Below are positions 39,506 to 48,941 of a DNA stretch of 64,000 nucleotides, piece by piece. A program made the translations under genes and the position numbers. Within the stretch, counting starts at the first letter, position 1. Each line of letters starts with the position of its first letter. The stretch is from an uncultured Flavobacteriales bacterium. Its GTDB lineage: Bacteria; Bacteroidota; Bacteroidia; Flavobacteriales_D; Sanyastnellaceae. Location of the stretch: positions 741 through 64,740 of the forward strand of contig CAJWIF010000002.1 in the NCBI GenBank assembly GCA_913041135.1, given 5' to 3'. The notes under the pieces are model-generated. The model made no database searches. It was not told the DNA's origin and saw nothing but the letters and a program-made list of their open reading frames with translations.

Positions 39506-39982
39506 TTATTGGTGGTGGTATGGCTCCCCTTTGAGGATGGTGTGTGCTCGATACAGTTGCTCCAAGGCAAAAGGCCGGATCATCTGGTGAGAAAATGTCA
39601 TAGGTCCCAAGCTCCATTGTTCGTTGGCGAGATTGCGAATGCGGGGGGCAAATCCGTATGGTCCCCCGATGACCCAAGCGATGTGTTTCAAGCCGCGAAC
39701 CTGAAGCTTTTCAATATGCTTAGAAAAAGCGATGGAGCTGTATGACTTTCCGTTTTCGTCCAAAAGCACGAGGTGATCAACACCCTTGAGGTGCTTGTCC
39801 AAAATTTTGGCTTCTTGCTGCATAACCCACTGCGGGTCCGGCTTCCCAGAGCGGGGCTTGATATCGACCGTTTCGATGAATTGAAAACGACCGTAATGGT
39901 TGAGTCGTTTTGCATATTCGACATTTCCGGCCTGTATCCAGGACGATTGCGTTTTTCCAATGGCGATGAGCGTCATCTGCAT
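39506..39982 (-). CDS. rlmH: 23S rRNA (pseudouridine1915-N3)-methyltransferase RlmH
   Basis: 158 aa SPOUT protein: IGGPYGF, SLGPMTFSHQMIRPFALEQLYRAHTILKGEPYH. Confidence 0.9.
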   Translation of the reverse strand: MQMTLIAIGKTQSSWIQAGNVEYAKRLNHYGRFQFIETVDIKPRSGKPDPQWVMQQEAKILDKHLKGVDHLVLLDENGKSYSSIAFSKHIEKLQVRGLKHIAWVIGGPYGFAPRIRNLANEQWSLGPMTFSHQMIRPFALEQLYRAHTILKGEPYHHQ

Positions 39983-39999
39983 GCGACAAAGTTAGGGGC

Positions 40000-40929
40000 A
40001 TGAATCTTCTTTGGCCGAACTATCTTCGCAGCATGTTGACGACGGAAATGGAACGGCTCATCGTTTTTGCTTTGGAAGAAGATTTGGGCGGAGGTGATCA
40101 TACTTCGGCCTCCTCCATTCCAGTGGAGTTGCAACGAGAGGGCTTTATCCTGGCGAAAGAATCAGGAGTTGTTGCTGGATTGGAGGTGGCGCTGGAAGTC
40201 TTTCGAAGTGTAGATGCAACGTTGCAATGCGTGTTGCTTGCGCAGGACGGTGATGCTGTTATTTTTGGAACGCAGGTGATGCGCATATCGGGAGCTGCAA
40301 GATCCATCCTTGAAGCTGAGCGATTGGCATTGAACTTCATCCAACGCATGAGCGGCATAGCCACGCGAACTGCTGCTGTTGTGGCCTCGTTAGAAGGGAC
40401 CGTTTGCCGTGTTTTGGACACCCGAAAAACGACCCCAGGAATTCGCTCTTTTGAAAAATGGGCCGTGCGCATTGGCGGAGGGGTAAACCACCGCATGGGA
40501 CTGCATGACATGATCTTGATCAAAGACAACCATGTGGATTATGCCGGATCTATGATGAAGGCTATGGAAGGAGTGGCACTGTATTTAAACGAACACCAAT
40601 TGGAATTGCCCGTTGTAGTCGAAGTGCGCAATGCAAAAGAGGCTGCAGAAGCTATGGAAGCACGCGCGCGTTGGACAAAACCATCGGGCTTGCCTTTAAT
40701 TGATCGGTTGTTATTGGACAACCACACCCCGGACCAAGCTGCAGAGGCCGTCACTGAATGGGGGGCTGACATTCCATTGGAAGCGTCGGGAGGAATCACT
40801 CCTTCCAATGCTCGCGCCTATGGAGATGCCGGAGTGAATTTCATTTCCATGGGCTGGTTAACACACAGTGTTTCAGTGTTGGATTTTAGTCTGAAGAGCA
40901 CGGATCGAATTCACGTGGCGCATGGGTGA
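40000..40929 (+). CDS. nadC: nicotinate-nucleotide diphosphorylase (carboxylating)
   Basis: LEEDLGGGDHTS, VLDTRKTTPGIRSFEKWAVRIGGGVNHRMGLHDMILIKDNH, SGGI. The start could be ATG 40033, because ATG 40000 is only 17 nt from the divergent rlmH start. Confidence 0.9.
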   Translation: MNLLWPNYLRSMLTTEMERLIVFALEEDLGGGDHTSASSIPVELQREGFILAKESGVVAGLEVALEVFRSVDATLQCVLLAQDGDAVIFGTQVMRISGAARSILEAERLALNFIQRMSGIATRTAAVVASLEGTVCRVLDTRKTTPGIRSFEKWAVRIGGGVNHRMGLHDMILIKDNHVDYAGSMMKAMEGVALYLNEHQLELPVVVEVRNAKEAAEAMEARARWTKPSGLPLIDRLLLDNHTPDQAAEAVTEWGADIPLEASGGITPSNARAYGDAGVNFISMGWLTHSVSVLDFSLKSTDRIHVAHG

Positions 40930-41893
40930 GTTGCAGCCACCTCCAGTGCCCGATGGACCACTATTTAAGTGGATTCAAAAGAACCGCACATTTGATCGGA
41001 CCCGCGCCGCGTTGCGTCGCTTCCATCCATGGAAGAAACAGGAGGTCAATGTGTACGATGTACTTCGGTTTTTTGTTCTTGGATTAATCAATGGGTCAGT
41101 GGCGATGCGTTCTGCAGCGATTAGCTTCCGGCTGTTCCTTGCGTTCTTCCCGGCGATGATTTTGCTTCTGAGCATCATTCCATTTACTCCATTGGAGACG
41201 GGAGAAGTCCTGAAGAGTTTGGAAATGCTCTTTCCTGTGCAGGCCGTCGAGTTATTCGAACAAACGGTTGCGGATTTGATCAACCAACGGCAAGGCACGT
41301 TGATTTCAGTGGGTGTCATCTTGCTCCTCTTCTACGCATCGAGTTCTGTCAATAGCATCCTACTGAGTTTTGGGGAAAGCCCGCATGTGCCGGGCCGACC
41401 ACATTGGTTGTTGTACCGTTTGTTATCGGTACTACTGCTGTTTGTTTTATCTATTCTGCTTGGACTGGCTGTCTTTCTTATTGGTTTTTCAGGTGATGTG
41501 ATCAATTGGATGGATGCACACGAATGGATCAATGCAGAAGCGATTCCATGGTTAACCTTGGCGAGATGGACGCTTTCATTTGGCTTGGTTTATGCAACCG
41601 TTAACATCCTGTTTCATGCAGGTTCGGGAGCCATGAAGCGATGGGGTGTTGTCAATGTTGGGGCCACCGTTGCAACACTGTTGCTTGTGCTCACGACCTG
41701 GACCTTTTCGTGGATCATCGGTCAGTTTTCTTCGTACAATTCCTTGTATGGTTCATTGGGTACCTTGATGTTGACATTGGTTTGGTTGAATTCTAGCAGT
41801 TCCATTTTATTATTGGGCTTTGAATTGAACGCAGCCGTGAGTCGCGCCCAACTGGATGCAACGCAAGGCCAAAAGCCGGATAGAAAAGAGTAA
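40922..41893 (+). CDS. YihY/BrkB family membrane protein
   Basis: 323 aa with six TM helices. A SFRLFLAFFPAMILLL-type N-terminal region and SYNSLYGSLGTLMLTLVWL fit the YihY/virulence factor BrkB family. Confidence 0.8.
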   Translation: MGELQPPPVPDGPLFKWIQKNRTFDRTRAALRRFHPWKKQEVNVYDVLRFFVLGLINGSVAMRSAAISFRLFLAFFPAMILLLSIIPFTPLETGEVLKSLEMLFPVQAVELFEQTVADLINQRQGTLISVGVILLLFYASSSVNSILLSFGESPHVPGRPHWLLYRLLSVLLLFVLSILLGLAVFLIGFSGDVINWMDAHEWINAEAIPWLTLARWTLSFGLVYATVNILFHAGSGAMKRWGVVNVGATVATLLLVLTTWTFSWIIGQFSSYNSLYGSLGTLMLTLVWLNSSSSILLLGFELNAAVSRAQLDATQGQKPDRKE

Positions 41894-41944
41894 ATAGACC
41901 AAATCAACACCCTTCAAAAGTCACTCATTAAATAACGAAATCTC

Positions 41945-42394
41945 ATGAAAAATTTCTCTCTCCTTTTCGCCTTGTTGTTGTTTGTAGGATCCGCGTATAG
42001 CCAAGCATCTAGCCCTTTGTTGGGACAATGGAAGACCATTGATGATGAGACAGGGCGCATCAAAAGTATCGTAGAAATTACGGAGCGTGACGGTAGTTTT
42101 TACGGGCAGGTTATCGAGCTATTTCGATTGCCTGAAGAGGATCAAAATCCCATGTGCACGGGGTGCGAGGATGATCGGAAGGATAAGCCTTCCTTGGGAA
42201 TGGAGATCGTTCGAGATATGAAAGTTACGGACGAGATGGAATGGGAAGAGGGAACGATTTGCGATCCGAAGACAGGAAAAATTTATGAATGTGAGATGTT
42301 TTTAGAATCAGATAACCTCAACGAGCTGAAGGTTAGAGGATACATCTATTTCTTGTACCGCACGCAAACGTGGTTGCGAGTGAAGGGCGAGTAA
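41945..42394 (+). CDS. DUF2147 domain-containing periplasmic protein
   Basis: Signal peptide. GQWKTIDDETGRIKSIVEI...GSFYGQVIE...CTGCEDDRKDKP..G..I..DM...W.EGTICDPKTGKIYECEM...LKVRGY matches the DUF2147 pattern as I recall it. Confidence 0.7.
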   Translation: MKNFSLLFALLLFVGSAYSQASSPLLGQWKTIDDETGRIKSIVEITERDGSFYGQVIELFRLPEEDQNPMCTGCEDDRKDKPSLGMEIVRDMKVTDEMEWEEGTICDPKTGKIYECEMFLESDNLNELKVRGYIYFLYRTQTWLRVKGE

Positions 42395-42434
42395 AAGCGG
42401 CTGGTTGAGACGCGGAAATCGAGCGTTCAAACGT

Positions 42435-43910
42435 TCAAGGCCACCAGGAGATGCGCGCTTTGATTCCGTCGCGTAATTCGGGGAAGCAACCCAACGCATA
42501 GCAGACCGAAAACGTCGTACCTGAGGCCAAAGCTCCTTGGATGATCGCGCCAACGATAGGATGCGTGAAGGCGTCTGCCTGCCAATGGAAGCTCCATGCA
42601 CTGACTATGGCGGTGATGGAAATGACCACCAATTTCCAGGAGAAGGGATGGATTTTATATTTCCTCCATACGATGAGCAACCTCCACACGTTGTTCCACA
42701 ACGCTGTACCAAGAGTGGCTACTGCGGCCCCTTTTAAGCCCCAGCCCAACGTGACAATGAACAAGTAGTTTGTGGCAATAGTCACGACGACGAGCCCTAG
42801 ATTCAAGGGCAAGACGATCCGGTACCACTGGCTAAACGCTAAAACCTTATTGTTGACGACATTGAAGCTAACAATTAAACGCTGAAGTCCGATACAGAGA
42901 AAGACAAACTCCAGACCCCGATAGCCTGGTGGGAGAAGGAGTTGGAACGGTGCGATGCCCGCCCAGATTCCGGACATGATCACGGCGGCCAAAAGAAAAT
43001 TGACCCGTGCACTGCGGCGGTTCATTTCATTGATTTCGGCCGTTTTTCGTTGAGCGACGAGTGTGGCGGAGAGTCCTCCTAAGATTCCCTGCGTAGCGCG
43101 CGTTGGCATTCCCACGACGCTGCCAAGAAAGAATCCGATGGTGTAAATCGGCACTTGAGCCAGTCCGATGTACATGCCAATCATGACATAGTCCAGGTGG
43201 GTAGCAATGATGGCCGCTCCACCAGCGAACAAACTGAACAGGCTGAAATCAAAGATGTTTTTAAATTCATCCCATCGCCACGTATTCCCGATACGTTGAG
43301 GGAGTTGGAATGCTTGGATGGTGAGCAGAATAGCACTCACAGCCCATGATCCGATATAGCAACTCAGGAAAGCGTCAAATTCGATTTGTTCGAAGTATAA
43401 GAGGAGCCCTAGAACCAGATAGCTCCCTTTTTGCCACACCTCGTCAACCCAAGAAATGACCGCTGTTTTGAGTTGTTGATTGACCAATGCTCGAACCAAA
43501 TGGAGCAGCACCATGAAGCTCGTAATCAAAAGGAACCCGGCGATGTGATCGGTGAGCGCGGAGCCCTTTTCGGCATCGAATAAAGGCAGGATGTCGCGTC
43601 CATTGAATGCGAACAGCAGGAGGACCAAAAGAAGTCCTGCTGCGGGCAGAATCAATAACGTACGGAGGATGTCGGGCCGCTCTTTTTCATCGTATCGGGC
43701 CAAAAACCGCATAATGCCTCCAGGTGCTCCAACGACAGCAAGTGAACTCAAGATGATTCCCCACGAAGTAATAATGCGGACCAACCCCCATTCGGACTCA
43801 GCTCCTTCAAAAGCCCTTGGCAAGACGATCATGGTATTCACCGCGCCAAGAACGAGCCCTGTGCCAATGGCAAGGGAGGCCCAGCCGGACTGTTTAGCGA
43901 CTATTCCCAT
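42435..43910 (-). CDS. polysaccharide biosynthesis protein / oligosaccharide flippase (MOP superfamily)
   Basis: 491 aa, about 14 TM helices, Wzx-like organisation. The function is inferred from topology and family resemblance only. Confidence 0.65.
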   Translation of the reverse strand: MGIVAKQSGWASLAIGTGLVLGAVNTMIVLPRAFEGAESEWGLVRIITSWGIILSSLAVVGAPGGIMRFLARYDEKERPDILRTLLILPAAGLLLVLLLFAFNGRDILPLFDAEKGSALTDHIAGFLLITSFMVLLHLVRALVNQQLKTAVISWVDEVWQKGSYLVLGLLLYFEQIEFDAFLSCYIGSWAVSAILLTIQAFQLPQRIGNTWRWDEFKNIFDFSLFSLFAGGAAIIATHLDYVMIGMYIGLAQVPIYTIGFFLGSVVGMPTRATQGILGGLSATLVAQRKTAEINEMNRRSARVNFLLAAVIMSGIWAGIAPFQLLLPPGYRGLEFVFLCIGLQRLIVSFNVVNNKVLAFSQWYRIVLPLNLGLVVVTIATNYLFIVTLGWGLKGAAVATLGTALWNNVWRLLIVWRKYKIHPFSWKLVVISITAIVSAWSFHWQADAFTHPIVGAIIQGALASGTTFSVCYALGCFPELRDGIKARISWWP

Positions 43911-43944
43911 AGCTTGGATTGCGTTTTGATGTCCATGCGACGCA

Positions 43945-46866
43945 TCAGAAGTTGAATTGTGGCAATGGGTCGAGTACCGTGCAGTAAGAGCAAAAAGCAG
44001 CTTCGGCCTTGTGTTCTACGTTTGGCGTGTCGTCATGCAGGGTATCCAAGGATTGGCTGATCCAGCGGAGCAATTCTTTTGCCTGACGCGTGTCCACACC
44101 ACTTTGCTTGTCGATCTTCAACTCGAGCAACCCAGCACGCGCATTTTTACCAGATCGGACACCGGCCCGCACGTACAAAAGAGGCTGTCCGTCGGTTTCT
44201 TTTTTGTTTCCATTCACGTCCAAGGTCTCCAAAGCCATGGCGGCATAGACCAACAATTGCAATGCTTTAGAGGCTTTTCCAGATGTGACCTTCTCATCCC
44301 AATCGGCAGGCAAAGACAATTCAGAGGACGTCACATTCCCTGTTTTGTAATCGGTGATGATGACCTCGTCGCCATCGCGTTCAATTCGGTCCGCCATGCC
44401 GTTTAATCGGATGGGATCGATGCGGCCTCCCGTTATGAAGGTGTGAGATAAATTCAATTCGAGATGACGAATCACCCGCTGGCTATCGGGATGCAATTCT
44501 GTCATTTCTGAAGTCAGAATTTTTTTGAGCGTTGCTTCCGCCATGGTGACCTGCAAATAATTTTCTCCTTGGCGCACCATGTCAGAATTGAAATGTTTCT
44601 TGATTGCAATTGGGAGCAAGCGTTGGACATCCTTTTTCAAGGAGCTCAAGTGTTCTTGTTGAAGGGGCTTGTCCAAGAATAATTTCAATCCATCTTCTAG
44701 GACTTGGTGCACAACAGAGCCGAAGGTGCTCGATGCCATTTCCTCTTGAACTTCTGAAGGTTCGCTTAAGCGCAGGAGGTACTGGTAGAAAAAATTGCGC
44801 TTGCAATTGATCAAGGTGTTCAACGCAGATGGACTGATTCCTTTTTGTGCCCATGCGGCCAGTCGTGTGCTTGCTTGTGGGGTCCATTGCAATGCTGGGA
44901 TGGCAGGCCGCGGACCGGGCAAAGGAGCTTGCAGTGTTGAGACGTCAACAGGAAGAAGGTCTTCTCCATTGGGACGAAAAGCCTGCTCCAATTGCAAGAG
45001 ATATCGGCTTTTTTCTGAGGCCTCATCTTGCGCCCGGTAAAGGAAGAACACCTCACGCGCTTGGTTGAGCAAGCGGTAGGTGTAGTAAGCGAAGATGGCT
45101 TCCCGTTCGTGCCGCCCAGGCAATCCCCAAATGCTCCGCAGGTCAAATGGGAGAAAGCTATCTGTAAGGGCTGATTTTGGCAATACGCCTTCGTTGCAAT
45201 CAAGAACAATGACGCGATCAAAATCCAACGCTCGAGTTTCGATCAGCCCCATGATTTGCAAGCCGTCTTCAGGCTCGCCAAGGAGGTCGATGCGCTCAGT
45301 CGCCAAGCTTTGGAGGGCCATGCTCCACACTTCTTCGCAAGTGGAAAGAAGACCGTGCTGTTCTTGAAATCGCCTGACAACGGAAAAGGCTTGCATCACC
45401 CGTTCCCAACTCGCCATGATCCATGGATCCATTTCGGACTTGGCGTCGTTGAGCGTCAACATGTTTCCAATGCTCCCTGCCCAACGTTCCAACCCAATGG
45501 AAGCTTCTAAGGGGTCAGCGGCTTTGTTGGTGAGCAACTCATTGACAAAATCAACGAGAATACCATTTGAATGCTCTCCCAGTTGACTGGCGCTAAGCCA
45601 GGCCAAGTGTTTTTTGGCGAGTTGGTTCATTACCCGGGAACCGTCTTGGATGAGCTTGGTCCTGCCGCATGCTGCGAGCGCTACCGGGTCGCTGATGATT
45701 GAACGTAAATCCCCATGATTCAATTGCTGACCACTGCGCAAAATCAGGGGTTTCACAGCTTCTAAAAATCCGCTTGCAGGGGTTTCTCCCCAACTCAAGC
45801 CCATGGTGACATTGTATCCCTTGTTGTTCAATTCGGGAAGACTCTGAAGCACCAGTGGGAGGGAAGCACCATCCGGAAGAACAATAGCGGTGCGACCATC
45901 CCGTTGATCTACCGGGATGTTGGAAACAATTTCTCGGACGGCTTGAGCTTGATATACAGAGCTGCTACAACCGATGATATGGATGGATGGAGGACTCGCT
46001 TCTAGGCGCCGAGGCAAAGCGTTAATGGCTTGGGGCAATGCCTGATTTCGGATAAACAAACCGGCTTCCATCATAGGCTGGGTCACATAGCTTGCGTCAG
46101 CATCCCAAAGCCATGTAAGGCTGTTTTTTTGTTCATAGCGATGAAGAAAAGCCCGTTCGGCAGGCGTGAGAACACTCAATCCTGCAACGAAAACATGGCT
46201 GTAGGCCTCCAGACTCTTGGATTCCGACGCAACGCGAGCGATGCGTCCACCATACCCCCATTGCTTATCAGCAAGCTTCTTTTGAAAGGCCTCATACAGT
46301 GGTCCGAGTTGCATGAAGCGCCGAAGAAACTGGCGTTGTCCGGATTTTAAATCAGCCTCAGATTGAAAGCTCCATTCTTCGATGCCCTCGATGTCACAGA
46401 GGTTCTTGAACACAGCTTTCGGATCGAGTAAATACTGATCAATTTCATTGAAATCACGCAACGCAATGCGTCCCCATTGGCCGAAGGCCGTGAACCCAAT
46501 CGATTCTTTATCGCTCGATTGATCGAGCGCCTTGAGCTCAGTCCATGTGAGATATAACTCGGCCAATCCTTCCAACGGGTCCATAGGAGTCAATCCTGCA
46601 TGCTCTTGCAAAACGGTTCCCAAAGTGCATGCTTTGGGCAACCACCCAGCACCGGGCATTTTGGAGGCGAGGCGACGATGAAATTTTCCCGTGGCTCTTT
46701 GACTGGGTAAAATAACCAAGCACGATGCCGGGTCGGGTTGTTTCATCACAGAATCAACCACCTGGTCTAAAAAAGAGAGATGGGTTTTTTCGGAATCCAA
46801 TAGAGCAGTGTTAGTGCTACAATTTAAATCCGTTGCGGAGGAAAGCAATAAATTCTTTGCGTCCAT
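43945..46866 (-). CDS. PD-(D/E)XK nuclease family protein, AddB-like
   Basis: About 970 aa. A degenerate helicase-like N-terminal region, a C-terminal nuclease motif EVIITDYKTG and terminal Cys residues (CSYC). ATG 46866 overlaps the upstream TPR gene by 50 nt; TTG 46800 is an alternative. The track uses GTG 46884. Confidence 0.7.
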   Translation of the reverse strand: MDAKNLLLSSATDLNCSTNTALLDSEKTHLSFLDQVVDSVMKQPDPASCLVILPSQRATGKFHRRLASKMPGAGWLPKACTLGTVLQEHAGLTPMDPLEGLAELYLTWTELKALDQSSDKESIGFTAFGQWGRIALRDFNEIDQYLLDPKAVFKNLCDIEGIEEWSFQSEADLKSGQRQFLRRFMQLGPLYEAFQKKLADKQWGYGGRIARVASESKSLEAYSHVFVAGLSVLTPAERAFLHRYEQKNSLTWLWDADASYVTQPMMEAGLFIRNQALPQAINALPRRLEASPPSIHIIGCSSSVYQAQAVREIVSNIPVDQRDGRTAIVLPDGASLPLVLQSLPELNNKGYNVTMGLSWGETPASGFLEAVKPLILRSGQQLNHGDLRSIISDPVALAACGRTKLIQDGSRVMNQLAKKHLAWLSASQLGEHSNGILVDFVNELLTNKAADPLEASIGLERWAGSIGNMLTLNDAKSEMDPWIMASWERVMQAFSVVRRFQEQHGLLSTCEEVWSMALQSLATERIDLLGEPEDGLQIMGLIETRALDFDRVIVLDCNEGVLPKSALTDSFLPFDLRSIWGLPGRHEREAIFAYYTYRLLNQAREVFFLYRAQDEASEKSRYLLQLEQAFRPNGEDLLPVDVSTLQAPLPGPRPAIPALQWTPQASTRLAAWAQKGISPSALNTLINCKRNFFYQYLLRLSEPSEVQEEMASSTFGSVVHQVLEDGLKLFLDKPLQQEHLSSLKKDVQRLLPIAIKKHFNSDMVRQGENYLQVTMAEATLKKILTSEMTELHPDSQRVIRHLELNLSHTFITGGRIDPIRLNGMADRIERDGDEVIITDYKTGNVTSSELSLPADWDEKVTSGKASKALQLLVYAAMALETLDVNGNKKETDGQPLLYVRAGVRSGKNARAGLLELKIDKQSGVDTRQAKELLRWISQSLDTLHDDTPNVEHKAEAAFCSYCTVLDPLPQFNF

Positions 46867-47446
46867 CCGCGTTTCGCAACGCACGTTTAATTTCAGACAC
46901 GAGATTGGGAGAACTGGACTTTACTTCGGGCTCTGCTTGTGGCAACGGAAGATCGTCTTGTGGCTTCAATTCTGCCGTGGAGATGGATTCGTTTTTCAGT
47001 ATGCCGGCGAGTTCATCGGCAGCGGAAAAACGCTCTTTTGCTTCTTGATGGTATCCCTGTTGTTCTTCGAGCAAGCCAAGGTTGTTGAGGCTGATCGCGT
47101 CTTCGGGGTCCAATGCAATCGCTTTGGTGTAATCGGCGATGGCTCCGGGGACATCTTTTAACGCTTGCCTCATCCAACCTCGCGCGGCAAACCTGTAACC
47201 GTAATCGGGTTGCAAGTTGACGGCTTCGTTTAGTTCGAGGAGCGCCTCATTTTTTTGTCCCATGTGGAACAGGGCAATGGCGCGATCGTGTTTGAAGTCG
47301 GGATTGCGATTCCATTCCACGTTCACTTCGAGGGCCTTGTTGAAATCCAACAGGGCACGATCCCATTGCCCTTGTGCGGCTGCTTCTCTGGCCGATAGAA
47401 CGAGGGGGTGTCCTTTTTCAGGAACGGGTTGGATTGTATTGGACAT
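46817..47446 (-). CDS. tetratricopeptide repeat protein
   Basis: Three to four TPR motifs (for example ALLDFNKALEVN, ALLELNEAVNLQPDYGYRFAARG, AIADYTKAIALDPED). ATG 47446 is preceded by a -7 box. The track ORF extends to 47533. Confidence 0.75.
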   Translation of the reverse strand: MSNTIQPVPEKGHPLVLSAREAAAQGQWDRALLDFNKALEVNVEWNRNPDFKHDRAIALFHMGQKNEALLELNEAVNLQPDYGYRFAARGWMRQALKDVPGAIADYTKAIALDPEDAISLNNLGLLEEQQGYHQEAKERFSAADELAGILKNESISTAELKPQDDLPLPQAEPEVKSSSPNLVSEIKRALRNADGRKEFIAFLRNGFKL

Positions 47447-47466
47447 GGGATAGAAAAACAGTTGTT

Positions 47467-47474
47467 CAAAAATA
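47467..47474 (-). promoter_or_regulatory. -7 promoter box TATTTTTG for the TPR / AddB-like / flippase transcription unit
   Basis: The reverse complement of caaaaata is a perfect TAnnTTTG match, 21 nt upstream of ATG 47446. Confidence 0.4.
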
Positions 47475-47516
47475 CAACCCCGTTTGTAAGCGTTTGTTTC
47501 TGCAGTACGTCCGAAA

Positions 47517-48854
47517 TTGCTCCCTGAAAGCATGTTTCTAGAATTCCCCCTTTACCGCGCTTTGGATGGATTGGATACCTTGTATCGAATCGATGGGCCA
47601 CGGCATTTTGTCGAGTGGCAGCCTATAGGTAGCAGCCGTTGGTTGGTTCATGAGCACGTAGCTGAGATTTATCCATCTCAGGTATTGATTCAGTCTTTGA
47701 TTCATGCTGATGATGCCCAATTGAAGCTATCTCGCGAAGAATGGAATGCTCGCCGATTGAAACGGAAAGAACCTGAGCAAGAAAACGCTGTTGGAACGAT
47801 TGCGCAGACAACCGAAGACCCTGCAGTCCTGGAAGGAATGGACTTGGCATCGTGGACGACGTTTGGCATTTCAGCACATGCGGCTCATTGGATTACAGCG
47901 CATTCAGACGATGATGTTCGCTTTGCGTTGTCCTGGAGACAAGAGCGAGATGCTGCCCTGCTCGTTATGGGGGGAGGCTCCAATATGCTCATGCACGCGG
48001 ACTGGGAAGGATTGGCTTTGCACGTTGGTATTCGTGGAGTTCGTGTTCTCAAGGAGGAAGGTGGCCGCATTGAAGTGGTGGTCGGTGCTGGAGAAAACTG
48101 GCATGATTGGGTGATGCTAGCGCTCAAGAACGGGTGGCATGGGTTGGAAAACCTGGCGCTCATTCCCGGACAAGTGGGGGCATCTCCGATGCAAAACATA
48201 GGGGCTTATGGCGTTGAATTGAAAGATCGTTTTCTTTGGCTGGAGGCCATCCATGTGCAAACAGGATCCTTGAAACGGTTCGATGCAGCGTCGTGCGAAT
48301 TTGGCTACCGAGAGAGCATCTTCAAATCCTCTGAAAAAGGACAATGGATCATTGTTCGGGTAGCCTTTTTTTTGAAAAAAAACGCTCCATTGCAAACGGC
48401 CTATGGGGCCATTCAACAGGAGCTCAAGGCCTTGCCTGAGGAATCATGGACGCACGCGGATGTAGCGAAAGCTGTGATGCAGATTCGTTCAACCAAGCTT
48501 CCTGATCCCAAAAAACTGGGCAATGCGGGAAGTTTCTTCAAGAACCCTGTGCTCGGTCCAGATGAATTTAAGCGGTTGCAAACGGCCCATCCAGAAGTGG
48601 CCCATTATCCGCAGTCGGATGGAACTGTTAAAGTCGCTGCGGGGTGGCTCATTGAGCAAGCGGGTTGGAAGGGGAAACACAGAGGAACCCACGGGGTACA
48701 CGTCAATCAATCGCTGGTATTGGTGCATTATGGAGGTGCGACTGGAGCCGAAATTTGGCAACTTGCGCAGGACATCATGCACGATGTGCACTCCCAATAC
48801 GGAGTTCAATTGGAGCCAGAGGTCAACCAGATCGGGCTAAACCGTTCGAAATGA
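47517..48854 (+). CDS. murB: UDP-N-acetylenolpyruvoylglucosamine reductase with an in-frame ~107-codon N-terminal extension
   Basis: From M108 (ATG 47838, MDLASWTTFGISAHA) onward the sequence is type I MurB (GGGSNML, FAD-binding domain, C-terminal GSFFKNP...AGWLIEQAGWKG). The upstream 321 nt are open in the same frame (TTG 47517, ATG 47532). Confidence 0.85.
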   Translation: MLPESMFLEFPLYRALDGLDTLYRIDGPRHFVEWQPIGSSRWLVHEHVAEIYPSQVLIQSLIHADDAQLKLSREEWNARRLKRKEPEQENAVGTIAQTTEDPAVLEGMDLASWTTFGISAHAAHWITAHSDDDVRFALSWRQERDAALLVMGGGSNMLMHADWEGLALHVGIRGVRVLKEEGGRIEVVVGAGENWHDWVMLALKNGWHGLENLALIPGQVGASPMQNIGAYGVELKDRFLWLEAIHVQTGSLKRFDAASCEFGYRESIFKSSEKGQWIIVRVAFFLKKNAPLQTAYGAIQQELKALPEESWTHADVAKAVMQIRSTKLPDPKKLGNAGSFFKNPVLGPDEFKRLQTAHPEVAHYPQSDGTVKVAAGWLIEQAGWKGKHRGTHGVHVNQSLVLVHYGGATGAEIWQLAQDIMHDVHSQYGVQLEPEVNQIGLNRSK

Positions 48855-48941
48855 ATGCGGACCCTGCCACCCACCTTTCCATTCTGGGGAATGAAATGGA
48901 GGCAACAGAGCCCACACTGATTTTCCTGATCCGCTTAACTA

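Noticed and set aside
39467-39745. 92-codon plus-strand ORF after atpC.
   Set aside because: It starts inside the bidirectional terminator and lies antisense to rlmH, which has unambiguous SPOUT methyltransferase motifs.
46800-46884. Apparent 50-68 nt overlap between the end of the TPR gene and the longest AddB-like ORF, a possible programmed overlap or frameshift.
   Set aside because: It is explained by start-codon ambiguity. An in-frame TTG at 46800 removes the overlap while keeping the conserved N-terminal segment. No slippery sequence was seen.
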